Assembly: GCA_003453595.1 (NCBI GenBank)
Contig: DMOG01000026.1
Coordinates: forward strand, 6,567-70,566
Length of the DNA: 64,000 nt
Reading direction: 5' to 3'
DNA from: Candidatus Uhrbacteria bacterium
GTDB lineage: Bacteria; Patescibacteriota; Patescibacteriia; UBA9934
Below are positions 36,201 to 46,513 of this stretch, in pieces (the stretch's first letter is position 1; every line of letters begins with the position of its first letter). The translations under genes were made by a program, and so were the position numbers. The notes under the pieces were generated by a model. It was not told the origin of the DNA. It saw only the letters and a list, made by a program, of their open reading frames with translations, and did no database searches.

Positions 36201-37660
36201 AATCCAAACGGTAATAAATCTCTTAACCCAGACAAAATCTCGCGCCAGGTCATTGAATCTTTGAGGAACCTAACTGTGATTGAATGAACATCAACTTCCC
36301 CACCAAATTCGGACAACCCGGGAGTCGAAAGAGTGAACTTAACAGTATCATCGATCACAGCCAATGAACCAAGATCGAAACTTCCTAATGAAGCTAGCCA
36401 ATCTCCTGCTTGATTATTGAGGTTATAACTAGTGAGAATATAATCAACTCCCAATGAATTAATGTCAGAATATACATTTAACTCAACTGGATCTGGATTA
36501 AAAAACATACTTTGTGCAAAAGCAAACTTTCCGTCTCCACTAATTTTCAAGTCACCAACTGAGGAGTAACCATAAACAACTCCGGCGTTTTCAACTGTAT
36601 AAGTATATTTTTCATGACTTTGGGCAATGCCAATCATATCACCGTCAACTCGAACTGTTTGCACAGAATCAGCATGGGTTGTTTCAAACGCTAAATGTTT
36701 GGCATCAGTATAAAACTCTGTGGCTCGTGGATTTGATAAATATCCAATATCATCAGCGATGTAAATCTTGCCAACAAATGTCATGTATTGTTGAGTTGTT
36801 TCCAGTGAACGCCAGAAAATATCACTAGTTCCGGAAAGCTCGACTGAATAAACCCCCTCTGGCCAATTTGATTGACCGATTATGGCAGTGCCATCTGAAC
36901 TTATTTGATCTTCAATCGTGTCGCCATCGTCTTTGATAAAATATTCAAACATTACCTCATCTTCTTCATTTCTAACCCGAATAACAGCATCATCTGCCCC
37001 AGTTGTCCGATTCATGTCCATATAATCAACTGCGAGGTAAAAAGGCTCGTTTTTTAGATAGGTCAGATACTTATGATAACCACGCAAAGAAACACCGATT
37101 GTTTTAACTGTTTTTGATAACTGATAATTACTTATTCGATACGGCTCTTCAAAATCATAATGATAAGTTGCAATCTGGCTTTGATCTGGAAGATTCTCAA
37201 GAAATTCTTGGACTGAATCAAAATTGTGTTCATGTTGCAGGAGTCGAGTTTGACCGTCTGAAACCTCTGACCAACTTTGTTGTTCAAGCTCAGAATTGAA
37301 TAATGGCTCAAGCTGATAGCTTTCAGAATATATATCTGCCAGTCCTCCAAGTTCAACCACTGGCTGATCCTTTGGATCAAACACAAGCTCAACTTCAACC
37401 CTGTCAAAACTTGTATGAGGAAGCGCCACGCTAAAGTAAGTTGGTTCATCAATAATCGTGACATATGGATCTCCCGAGTCAGACGATTGGATTTCTGAAA
37501 CTCTTTGAGATGGTAGGAGATTGAAAACATAGGGTGAACTATCACCCATTTCAAAAGTAATTTCTTTGATTCCTGACGGACACAAATCAATCCAAAGCAA
37601 GACAATCAAAATTATAACTGGGGATAAAATGATGAATAATTGTATGATACGATTTCGCAT
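36197..37660 (-). CDS. Membrane-anchored extracellular hypothetical protein
   Basis: 487-aa ORF, N-terminal TM, acidic. Confidence 0.75.
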   Translation of the reverse strand: MRNRIIQLFIILSPVIILIVLLWIDLCPSGIKEITFEMGDSSPYVFNLLPSQRVSEIQSSDSGDPYVTIIDEPTYFSVALPHTSFDRVEVELVFDPKDQPVVELGGLADIYSESYQLEPLFNSELEQQSWSEVSDGQTRLLQHEHNFDSVQEFLENLPDQSQIATYHYDFEEPYRISNYQLSKTVKTIGVSLRGYHKYLTYLKNEPFYLAVDYMDMNRTTGADDAVIRVRNEEDEVMFEYFIKDDGDTIEDQISSDGTAIIGQSNWPEGVYSVELSGTSDIFWRSLETTQQYMTFVGKIYIADDIGYLSNPRATEFYTDAKHLAFETTHADSVQTVRVDGDMIGIAQSHEKYTYTVENAGVVYGYSSVGDLKISGDGKFAFAQSMFFNPDPVELNVYSDINSLGVDYILTSYNLNNQAGDWLASLGSFDLGSLAVIDDTVKFTLSTPGLSEFGGEVDVHSITVRFLKDSMTWREILSGLRDLLPFGL

Positions 37661-37669
37661 TTATATAAA

Positions 37670-39394
37670 TTAGTTTTTAATGATTGCGTACAAAGACTCA
37701 TCCCCAACGGTTGCAATCTTACGGAATTGAATATCGTTTTCCGCAAAAACCACTGATTGCAAATGTTCAATATCTGTCTTGGGAAGCGTAATTCCGAAGT
37801 AAAACATTGATGTTTGATCAAGTATCTCAGGAATGGCCTGATAGACATTTTCATCACGCAATGGAGTGATCACAGATCTATCTGGGAATATATACTTGTC
37901 AGCCATGTCAACAATAATTATGCAGTCTGGCGGTGTCTGTTCTAAAACGATCTGCTTTTTTTCAGTGAAAGATTCAAGATTATCATGAGTTTGAATAAAT
38001 CCATCATTTCCCCAGATCACTAACCGAACTGAAAAAAGAAAAACTAAAAAGATAATCAACCAAGGGCCAAAGTCAGCAAAAGGAAAATCCCTTCTTTTTA
38101 ACCATGCTCCGATCTTATCAACGGCAATGCCGGCAAATAATGAACCAAGAACAAATAATGGCAGCCAATAACGCACATAGGAGTTCCCTAAAGTCAAAAT
38201 TGAAGCATCAGGGTTGTCAGTGAATTTCCAGCTTCCATAAACAAATGCCAGCCAAATGCTAAGACCAAAAGTGATAATAAGCAAAGGTCGCCATCCTTTA
38301 TCCTTGAACACAAAAATTATTCCAAGAATTGAAAGTATGCTCATCCATGGATATAGCAGAAATCCATACTGCCAAACATTGCGCAAAATATTCATCTCAT
38401 GAATACCAAACGGGAATAGTACATTTAAAGGCGCAGGCCAAGATTTATCAATATTTGAGTCTTGATAGGCAACCACCCCCGACTCCTCCTTGGGAAGGAG
38501 GGGGGCTTCAGTCTGACTCTGATCTGCGACTGTATATCCAGTCTCTAGCATTGAACCGTATAAAACCTTATTCAATGCCAAAAATGGCAATAGAATCAAG
38601 ACTGCTGAAATTAGAAAAACAAAAACATTCTTTAAAACAAGCTCTTTTCGTTGCCAAAATAAAAATCCCACAACTAAAACTCCGACCCAAACAGCTTCTG
38701 ATGCTCGAAAAGAAATCGCCAACCCAAGCATCAGCCCTGCCAAAAACTCATCTAATATAACAGTTTTCTGCCAATTTGCTTTTATTGGCTGACAAACAAT
38801 GAAATACAAAGCTAGTAACAAAAGTGCAACAAAACCAACATTGTGCATCATTGTTCTGCCTGTGTAATACCAAAAAGCTGGATGAATCATGAGCAACAAT
38901 GCGCCAAAATCCGACAATCTTTCATTCTCAGTTAATCGATATAAAATTTGTTTCCAAGCAAATATTGCCAGAACAGCCAACAATGGAGTGACTAGCGAAA
39001 TACTCCAAGATCCAAAGATAAACGCAAATAAACCAGATAATACAGATAGTCCAAGGAAACTGACTGGAACTATGTATTGGATGCTATCTGTAACCACCCC
39101 CGCCCTTCGCTCTGCAGAGCTTCGGAGCGGCACAGCTAACCACTCCTTAAAAAAGGAGGGGAAACGAGACACAACAATCATGCTCCTTGGATGGACTAAA
39201 TTGGTCCATGAAATACCTTGATATTGTGATTGAATTGCTAAAGTTTGATCTTGAGCAAACTGTAAAGCAAAAACAGCGTTTGCATTCTCATCAGGAGAAT
39301 TAAAAATCATTTCAGATTGAGAATATGCAAAAAATGTAACAGAGAAAAAAAAGAGCAATAATGCCAAACTTCTTAAAACTGTTATTCTGCGCAT
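37670..39394 (-). CDS. Multi-pass GT-C/PMT-like membrane glycosyltransferase carrying two in-frame repeat insertions
   Basis: SPDE acidic loop after TM1, many TMs, RYWLP; family-A repeats at about 38465-38505 and 39091-39165. Confidence 0.75.
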   Translation of the reverse strand: MRRITVLRSLALLLFFFSVTFFAYSQSEMIFNSPDENANAVFALQFAQDQTLAIQSQYQGISWTNLVHPRSMIVVSRFPSFFKEWLAVPLRSSAERRAGVVTDSIQYIVPVSFLGLSVLSGLFAFIFGSWSISLVTPLLAVLAIFAWKQILYRLTENERLSDFGALLLMIHPAFWYYTGRTMMHNVGFVALLLLALYFIVCQPIKANWQKTVILDEFLAGLMLGLAISFRASEAVWVGVLVVGFLFWQRKELVLKNVFVFLISAVLILLPFLALNKVLYGSMLETGYTVADQSQTEAPLLPKEESGVVAYQDSNIDKSWPAPLNVLFPFGIHEMNILRNVWQYGFLLYPWMSILSILGIIFVFKDKGWRPLLIITFGLSIWLAFVYGSWKFTDNPDASILTLGNSYVRYWLPLFVLGSLFAGIAVDKIGAWLKRRDFPFADFGPWLIIFLVFLFSVRLVIWGNDGFIQTHDNLESFTEKKQIVLEQTPPDCIIIVDMADKYIFPDRSVITPLRDENVYQAIPEILDQTSMFYFGITLPKTDIEHLQSVVFAENDIQFRKIATVGDESLYAIIKN

Positions 39395-39395
39395 A

Positions 39396-39965
39396 TCACA
39401 AACTATAAGTTAGCAAAGCAACTATGGCAAAAATCAGCCCAAGAATTAGGGTGCCGTATGAAATAGGGATAAACAAATCAAGTCCAAACCACAGCGCCAT
39501 TAATAGCATCATGATTCCAGCAAACTGTAATATCATCTTTATTTTTCCCCAAATATTTGCCTGCACTTTGTGTCCTTGTCGTCTCTTATACCAGCCTCCG
39601 ATAATCATCAAGCACTCAATCAAAACTATCATGTAACCCAGAATCGGATTAACATGTTGTAATAGGATTAATAAAATAACAGAACCAATAAGCAGTTTGT
39701 CAGCAACTGGATCATAAAAAGTGCCCCAATCTGTAATTTGCTGACGCCAACGCGCCAAGGAACCATCAATAGCATCTGTAAAAGCGACAAAGATAAAAAA
39801 TGGCACACCAATATCGTATTGTTCAAAAAATAGAAGTAAAAGAACCACCGGTGTCATTACCATGCGAGCAATGGTAAAATGGTTTGGTCTAAAAGCATCC
39901 GGAATCAGTTTAATGATTGGTTTCATTAAATAATCATGTGGATATAGCTTTTCAGGGTCACGCAT
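39396..39965 (-). CDS. CDP-alcohol phosphatidyltransferase (PgsA-like)
   Basis: PNHFTIAR, TDAIDGSLAR...GTFYDPVADK. Confidence 0.9.
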   Translation of the reverse strand: MRDPEKLYPHDYLMKPIIKLIPDAFRPNHFTIARMVMTPVVLLLLFFEQYDIGVPFFIFVAFTDAIDGSLARWRQQITDWGTFYDPVADKLLIGSVILLILLQHVNPILGYMIVLIECLMIIGGWYKRRQGHKVQANIWGKIKMILQFAGIMMLLMALWFGLDLFIPISYGTLILGLIFAIVALLTYSL

Positions 39966-40013
39966 AGATTTGATGCTATAATAATAGCGTAATAAGCGAA
40001 AATTCGCCAGAAT

Positions 40014-42071
40014 ATGACACCAATACGACCAACCATGCTAGGAATGACTTTTCTTATCCTTGCCTGGGCTAACTTAATTGCAACATCAAATCCGGTATTG
40101 GGAATAATTTGTGGAATTGGATTTCTCTGGGCAATTTCTCGACTTTTCGGATCAAGATTTTTTCCAACTGGTGACTCTGCGCAACAGCTAATAATTGGTT
40201 TATTAACCAGCTCGGCAATCCTGATGCTTGGCGGCAGTGCAATTTATTATTTTGGATCAGTAACCCAGTTAAACTTGGGTATATTACTTGTTATTATTTT
40301 GGCAATCGCTACCTTGGTCGCACGAAAACCAAGTTCGAAGTCTAAAGAATCTATCACAAAGTACGCAGTTATATTAATAGCTACTGTTCTTATTTGTTTG
40401 TTTGCTTGGTGGTCAACACTTTGGCCAATTGAAATTACTCAATCAATTCGCTCACCATGGCTGGTGGTTGACCCAAAAATCCTTCTACCTTTATTAATTG
40501 CAATTATTTCTGCAATTACACTGATTACAAAAACTGTTTCAAAAATCTCAACTTTTCTTCTGGTTTTAATTTTTGCCAGCTCTTTGACAATGGCTGTGAC
40601 CATTTATTCACTTGGATATGGATTTGATCCATTTATCCATCGAGCAACTGTTGAACACATTACCCAATTTGGGACAATCACACCAAAGCCGTTCTATTAC
40701 ATTGGACAATATGCTCTAGAACTAATTGGCATGCTAATTTTTGCACTACCACTAAAGCTCATGGATAGTTTGCTTGTTCCGATTGGGGCAGCCTTACTAA
40801 TTCCTTGGAGCGCCTATACCAGCATCAAAATACTAGGACAAAACTGGCGTCTACTACTTGTTTCATTACTATTGCTTCCCTTGGGGATTTTTATTAGCAC
40901 CACGCCCCAATCTATTGCTTATATTCTAGCCACTTGCTTAGTAATATTATCAATACCATTATTACTTAATAAAATAGAAGACAAAATTTATCTTGGATTC
41001 TTGGGTCTGCTAACCCTAGCAATTCTTATCACCCATCCTTTAGCAGGCATTCCATCTGGATTCTTTTTTGTACTTGTCTTTATTAGTCAAATAAGTATTA
41101 GTAAAACCACGGAAATAATTCTTTTATTAATCGCTTCAATTCTAGCTACTGTTTCCTTGCCAATAATTTTTGTTTGGCAATCACTTGGATCAAACTTAAA
41201 TATTGAATTCTCACTAACAAATCTTGCCTGGAACCAACTCCAACTTACCGGCTTCTTTAGCAATCAATACAATTCTTGGCTCGATGGCTTATATTTAGTA
41301 ATTGATAATTATCTTTGGATAATCATCGCACTTTCGATTGTTGGTATCATCTTTGCTGTAAAAGAAAAGCTACCGCGTGGAGTCTATGTTGGACTTTATG
41401 CTGCCATAGCATCGCTTATCAGCTATTTAATTTTGACTCTGACTTTGCAATTTGAATTTCTTATTGAATACGAACGAACAAACTATGCTGACCGATTGCT
41501 AACAATGGCTGTAATCTTTTTAATCCCTTATGTTGGCATTGCCCTTTGTGAGCTTTGGGCGCGACTGACAACAAAACCGCAAGCACTGCAATTAAGTTTT
41601 ATCTTGCTACTTTCTTTAATGGCCACTGCCCTGGTCTATGGAGCATATCCTAGACATGACAATTATGCTCGCTCCGCTGGATTTAATGTCAGTCAAGCTG
41701 ATGTTGACGCAATCTATGCAATTGAAAATTACGCTAAAGATACGCCTTACATCGTGCTTGCCAATCAAGCAACATCATCAGCTGCATTGGAGGCATTTGG
41801 TTTTGCTCATTACTATCATGATGATATTTTCTATTATCCAATCCCAACCGGTGGCGAACTATATAATCTATATCTGGAAATGACGGACAACGAACCAACA
41901 GCCGAAGTTATGAATGAAGCCATGGACTTAGCCGGAGTAAAACTTGGATTTTTTGCAATCAATAATTATTGGTGGGACTCAGAGCGAATTATCGAACACG
42001 CAAAAAACCAATCTATAGATTGGTTTGCGCTAGGAGATGGGGCTGTGACAGTGTTTGTTTTTGAAAGATAG
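40014..42071 (+). CDS. Large polytopic membrane protein (possible GT-C fold)
   Basis: 685 aa with many TMs; GFDPFIH loop. Confidence 0.7.
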   Translation: MTPIRPTMLGMTFLILAWANLIATSNPVLGIICGIGFLWAISRLFGSRFFPTGDSAQQLIIGLLTSSAILMLGGSAIYYFGSVTQLNLGILLVIILAIATLVARKPSSKSKESITKYAVILIATVLICLFAWWSTLWPIEITQSIRSPWLVVDPKILLPLLIAIISAITLITKTVSKISTFLLVLIFASSLTMAVTIYSLGYGFDPFIHRATVEHITQFGTITPKPFYYIGQYALELIGMLIFALPLKLMDSLLVPIGAALLIPWSAYTSIKILGQNWRLLLVSLLLLPLGIFISTTPQSIAYILATCLVILSIPLLLNKIEDKIYLGFLGLLTLAILITHPLAGIPSGFFFVLVFISQISISKTTEIILLLIASILATVSLPIIFVWQSLGSNLNIEFSLTNLAWNQLQLTGFFSNQYNSWLDGLYLVIDNYLWIIIALSIVGIIFAVKEKLPRGVYVGLYAAIASLISYLILTLTLQFEFLIEYERTNYADRLLTMAVIFLIPYVGIALCELWARLTTKPQALQLSFILLLSLMATALVYGAYPRHDNYARSAGFNVSQADVDAIYAIENYAKDTPYIVLANQATSSAALEAFGFAHYYHDDIFYYPIPTGGELYNLYLEMTDNEPTAEVMNEAMDLAGVKLGFFAINNYWWDSERIIEHAKNQSIDWFALGDGAVTVFVFER

Positions 42072-42083
42072 CAGAACCCTGCC

Positions 42084-43286
42084 CTAACCCTCTTTGATCT
42101 CCCCAATCAACTCTAAAAGCTTGGCTGTATATGACTCTAAACTGTAAGGATCGATGGTTGCTTTAATTTCTTGCGCTCGCTTGCCAAATTCTTCTTTTTG
42201 CTCATTCATAAGCACTATTTTCTTAACTAAATCATCAGCATTGCCTGGCTCAAATAAGAATCCATTTTTCCCGTCATCCATCAACTCGCCAACTCCACCA
42301 ATATCTGAGGCTATCACTGGCACCCCTGCGCTTAATGCTTCGTAAATAACAGTTGGTGAATTTTCATAGCATAAAGAAGGAACAATAAGGGCGTCAGCTG
42401 ATTTTAAGCAATCAATTAATTGTTCCATGGAAACAAATCCTAAATCAGTGATTGGTTTATTCGCTTTTGCTTCTCGCTCAACATAGGCCCGCTCAGTTCC
42501 CTCTCCGGCAATGTTTAAGAACGCATCAAATTTAAGTTTTTTAAATGCTTTAATTAACAACCTTATTCCTTTATGTCTTTCCAATTGACCAACAAATAAT
42601 AATCTCAATGAACCGGGCATTCTTTCAGTACGAATTTCAACATTAAAAGTCGGAGCAGGATTTGGTATCACAATTGATTTTACTCCTTTTAAAAATTTAA
42701 ACTCCTGATATTTTTCCAGTAAAAATTTTGATGGAAAAATTACGCAATCTGGTTTTCCAAATGCTCGCCGAGTAAAAAACCGATAAACAGCATAAGCAGG
42801 TTTAAAAATGGCTGATTCATGTTCCTTGCCATGAATCAAAAGTCCTGAAGGATAAATAAGCTGAAGATCATGCATAACATGGATATGAGGAATACCCATA
42901 TATTGAATAAGTCGCGATGTCCGTAATCCTATACCCTTTAAATTATGGGTGATGACAGCGTTAGGCTTTTCACGAAAAAGAACCTTTTCAATCTCAGTTG
43001 TTTCAAAAGAAATAATTGTATCAATAATATGCCACAGTAAACGAACAAGCCAAATATTCTTGTAATCATATAATGTGAAATACAAATTACGAGGAGAAAA
43101 TCGATAGATTCTTTCTGTCGCGTCTGTGTCTTTTTCCAAGGTACCCCGCTGGCTAATGGGCTTTCCAGTAATAACAAAAATATCTTGCCCTTTATCCATG
43201 AGCGATTCAACTGTCCGCACAACTACATGCTCAGCGCCGCCACGCTGGTAGGGCGGATATAAATTTGAAATGATTCCAATCTTCAT
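42084..43286 (-). CDS. Glycosyltransferase family 4
   Basis: YPPYQRGGAE, VPSLCYENSPTVIYEA. Confidence 0.9.
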   Translation of the reverse strand: MKIGIISNLYPPYQRGGAEHVVVRTVESLMDKGQDIFVITGKPISQRGTLEKDTDATERIYRFSPRNLYFTLYDYKNIWLVRLLWHIIDTIISFETTEIEKVLFREKPNAVITHNLKGIGLRTSRLIQYMGIPHIHVMHDLQLIYPSGLLIHGKEHESAIFKPAYAVYRFFTRRAFGKPDCVIFPSKFLLEKYQEFKFLKGVKSIVIPNPAPTFNVEIRTERMPGSLRLLFVGQLERHKGIRLLIKAFKKLKFDAFLNIAGEGTERAYVEREAKANKPITDLGFVSMEQLIDCLKSADALIVPSLCYENSPTVIYEALSAGVPVIASDIGGVGELMDDGKNGFLFEPGNADDLVKKIVLMNEQKEEFGKRAQEIKATIDPYSLESYTAKLLELIGEIKEG

Positions 43287-43287
43287 A

Positions 43288-44415
43288 TTATCTAATTATC
43301 CTAACGCTTTGGTAGATTTCTTTCAATTTTTTGTAAATCGCTGTTTTGGCAAATTGATTTTCTACTCTGAGACGAGCTGACCGTCCAAATTTAAATCTCA
43401 GGTTATCGTCTACTAATAATTTTGTAATTGCCCCAGATAAATCCTTTGCATTGGCTGGTTTAATAATAAATCCAGTCTCACCCAAAGAAACAAGAGTGCG
43501 AACGCCAGGCAAGTTGGAAACGATTGACGGCAGTCCTGACGAAGCTGCTTCCAATGTTACCAGTCCAAACGCTTCACAGCAATTAATTGCTGGCAAAATG
43601 TGAAAATCTGACGCCTGATAATATTTTGGAAGATCGTCATGACCAACCCGACCCACAAAGTGTGTTCTATCTTTGATGTTTTTTTTCGCAGCTAATTCTT
43701 GATATGCTTTCTTTTTATTTCCATCACCAATTATTATTAAATGCCAATCAACATCAGTTATCAGCCCGGAACATGATTCTATTAGCACATCAACGCCTTT
43801 AAAATAATGTGCGTCATCAAGTCCACCCACAAAAATAATAACCTTTGCCTGATGATCAATTCCAAGCTCCTGTCGAATATCTTGCCCATCACCTGGAACA
43901 AATCTATCTACATCAACTGAGAATGGCAGTTCAATTAATTTTTTTGATGTTAAATTAACAGAATCTGCATAATCTAAAGAACTCACACAGATCATTTTGG
44001 CCAAGGCAAAAATAATTGGTTCGGCCAATAATCGATAAATTCGAAATATCCATTCTTGCCAACCTGTGGCAACCGTTTTCATGTGATAAGTAATAATCAG
44101 TGGCTTTCTCCAAATCAAAGCAGCCAGCGCCACGCTTTCTGCTCCACCGTAAAAAGGATAATGTAAATGAATAAGATCAAATTTTCGCAATTTCCAAATC
44201 AATTGCGGAATAAACGCAGCATTTCCCCATTGATATAAAGGTGTGATGCGATTAAGTATCTGATTGTCTGAGCCGGCTTCATCTGCTTTATACTGTGGGG
44301 TAAAAACAGTCACATCGAAATGATCATGCACCAAAGCCTGCGCATATTCCTGCGCCACATTTCCGATTCCACCAATGCGCGGTGGATAGACTGGAGTAAC
44401 CTGTGCGATTTTCAT
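43288..44415 (-). CDS. Glycosyltransferase family 4
   Basis: YPPRIGGI, EAFGLVTLEA. Confidence 0.9.
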   Translation of the reverse strand: MKIAQVTPVYPPRIGGIGNVAQEYAQALVHDHFDVTVFTPQYKADEAGSDNQILNRITPLYQWGNAAFIPQLIWKLRKFDLIHLHYPFYGGAESVALAALIWRKPLIITYHMKTVATGWQEWIFRIYRLLAEPIIFALAKMICVSSLDYADSVNLTSKKLIELPFSVDVDRFVPGDGQDIRQELGIDHQAKVIIFVGGLDDAHYFKGVDVLIESCSGLITDVDWHLIIIGDGNKKKAYQELAAKKNIKDRTHFVGRVGHDDLPKYYQASDFHILPAINCCEAFGLVTLEAASSGLPSIVSNLPGVRTLVSLGETGFIIKPANAKDLSGAITKLLVDDNLRFKFGRSARLRVENQFAKTAIYKKLKEIYQSVRIIR

Positions 44416-44416
44416 A

Positions 44417-45496
44417 TCACCACTTTATTATTGGTAATAATCTTTTCCAAATCCATGTTATAACTTGATTACCGATTCGGGTTGCCAATGAATCAACTTC
44501 TTGATCCGCAATTGAACTTGATAATAATTTCATCCAATCTTTATCTAAAATCACACGCAAATGATTTGATCGTCGACGAATCTTCCACATTAATTTCCAT
44601 GTTCTTGGTTTAAAAAATTCTAAATCAGCTTTAAACTTACTTTTTATCCATCCGCCTTTGAAAGCTAAAATCCAAACTCCACACTCAATTAAATTTAAAA
44701 TCGGTAACAGGATAAGAAAACTTTGCCATTTTAAATAAGAAAACAATACCACTGCCCGATATGTTTCCATCCATTGAAACTTTTTTGGATTTCGCGAAAA
44801 CGAATAATCATGAAAAACATTTGCTTTGGTGGCAATAACATTTTTATATCCGGCAAAACGCAATCGCAAGCCAAATTCTAGGTCTTCGTGATACATGAAA
44901 AAACCTTCTTCTAATAATCCAACTTTCTTAAATACGGAAACTCGATAAATCACAGCCGCACCAGAAGCATAAAATATCTCTGCTTTGTTTTGATAATTTA
45001 CTTGAGAAAATAATTTCCCATTATCTCGCGCGTAACCAAATCCAGCCACATGCATCATCCCACCAGTCACATTAACCTTCTCCGGCTCTTGCCAAAATCT
45101 TACAAAAGCTTGAGCCGAGCCGATATTTATATCTGACTCCATAACATTGACCAGCTCTTTAATAGCACAAGCATCAAGTTTTAAATCACCATTATTTAAA
45201 AACACATAATCACAGCCGTGATTAATTGCCCATTTAATTCCCAAATTATTACCCCCAGAAAAACCAAGATTAACACCATTATCAATTAACACGACTTCTG
45301 GAAGATCTTGCCCGGATCGCGGTAAAACCTTTGTTTTTATTAAATCCTGCACTCCGTCCTTTGCCCCATTTGGGATCATTATAATCGAAATCCTATCCTG
45401 TGGATAAGTCTGATTACTCCAAGATTCAACAACCTCAGGTACATACCTAAGATCATTGTGACATAAATATATTATGGCAACTTTTGGTTTATTCAT
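44417..45496 (-). CDS. Glycosyltransferase family 2
   Basis: NLGFSGGNN, FFMYHEDLE. Confidence 0.88.
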   Translation of the reverse strand: MNKPKVAIIYLCHNDLRYVPEVVESWSNQTYPQDRISIIMIPNGAKDGVQDLIKTKVLPRSGQDLPEVVLIDNGVNLGFSGGNNLGIKWAINHGCDYVFLNNGDLKLDACAIKELVNVMESDINIGSAQAFVRFWQEPEKVNVTGGMMHVAGFGYARDNGKLFSQVNYQNKAEIFYASGAAVIYRVSVFKKVGLLEEGFFMYHEDLEFGLRLRFAGYKNVIATKANVFHDYSFSRNPKKFQWMETYRAVVLFSYLKWQSFLILLPILNLIECGVWILAFKGGWIKSKFKADLEFFKPRTWKLMWKIRRRSNHLRVILDKDWMKLLSSSIADQEVDSLATRIGNQVITWIWKRLLPIIKW

Positions 45497-45830
45497 GGTC
45501 TTTTGGTTTTTCTACTCGATTAATTCCCACCTGACGAACAACATCAGAAATTTCTTTTTGCACTTTTTCTAAACGAACTAACACCTTATACAATCCATAA
45601 GCCAAAACAACAATGGCTATGTAAACAAGGAGATCGGCCCCGCGCTGGACACCAACCAATTGCGCGACTGGATCAGTTGCTTGAGGCAAAAGCGCAACAG
45701 CGATCACTACTAACCACAAAATCGCCCAAACAATAAACCAATACAAACTAACTTTGCGTGCTCGATATTGGCGGAAAGTAATAGCCAACGCAAAGGCGGC
45801 AAAAGCAATAAGCAGAATTTGAAATATCAT
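45489..45830 (-). CDS. DUF2304 family membrane protein
   Basis: LVGVQRGADLLVY motif; adjacent to a DPM1-like GT2. Confidence 0.85.
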   Translation of the reverse strand: MIFQILLIAFAAFALAITFRQYRARKVSLYWFIVWAILWLVVIAVALLPQATDPVAQLVGVQRGADLLVYIAIVVLAYGLYKVLVRLEKVQKEISDVVRQVGINRVEKPKDHE

Positions 45831-46504
45831 ATGTCAAGAAATTTACTCTTTAACAAATCTTTTACAATTATAAACGCTCCCCAAGAAGACTGACCTTTGG
45901 CCAGCGACTCTTTTGAATATTTAATTTCAACTGCGCACTCAACAAAACGCATTTTTTTTACTTTGATCAAATCAAGAATTTCCGATGCGTGTGCCATGCG
46001 GTCGCGAGTAATTTTAATTTCACGCGCAGCTTTTCGGGAAAGCGCACGGAATCCACAGTGAGTGTCTGATAATTTGATTCCTGAAATTATCAAAGTAAAT
46101 ACAATTCCAAGTTTTAAAATTATTTTACGCGACAATGGCATCTGTAATTTTCCAGATAGAAATCTTGACCCTAAAACAACATCAGCTTGATTATCAAGAA
46201 TCGGTTTTATCATTTTAGGAATATCTTTTCCTTGCATTTGTCCGTCAGCGTCAAAATGAACAACTATGTCTGCATTTAGATTCTCCAGCGCATAATCCGT
46301 TCCTGTTTGCAGCGCTGCCCCTTGCCCTCGATTTATAATATGACGCAAAACAAAAGCGCCAGCTTTAAATGCTTGCTCGCTAGTTTTATCTGACGAGCAA
46401 TCGTCAATAACAACGGCATCATCCACAAAAAGCAAAGCATCGCGCACAGCTTCTGCTACGCGCGATCCTTCATTATATGCAGGAATAATGGCCACAATCT
46501 TCAT
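45827..46504 (-). CDS. Polyprenol-phosphate glycosyltransferase (DPM1-like GT2)
   Basis: IPAYNE, DDCSSD, NRGQGAAL, DADGQ, DTHCGFRA. Confidence 0.9.
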   Translation of the reverse strand: MKIVAIIPAYNEGSRVAEAVRDALLFVDDAVVIDDCSSDKTSEQAFKAGAFVLRHIINRGQGAALQTGTDYALENLNADIVVHFDADGQMQGKDIPKMIKPILDNQADVVLGSRFLSGKLQMPLSRKIILKLGIVFTLIISGIKLSDTHCGFRALSRKAAREIKITRDRMAHASEILDLIKVKKMRFVECAVEIKYSKESLAKGQSSWGAFIIVKDLLKSKFLDI

Positions 46505-46513
46505 ATCTGCACT

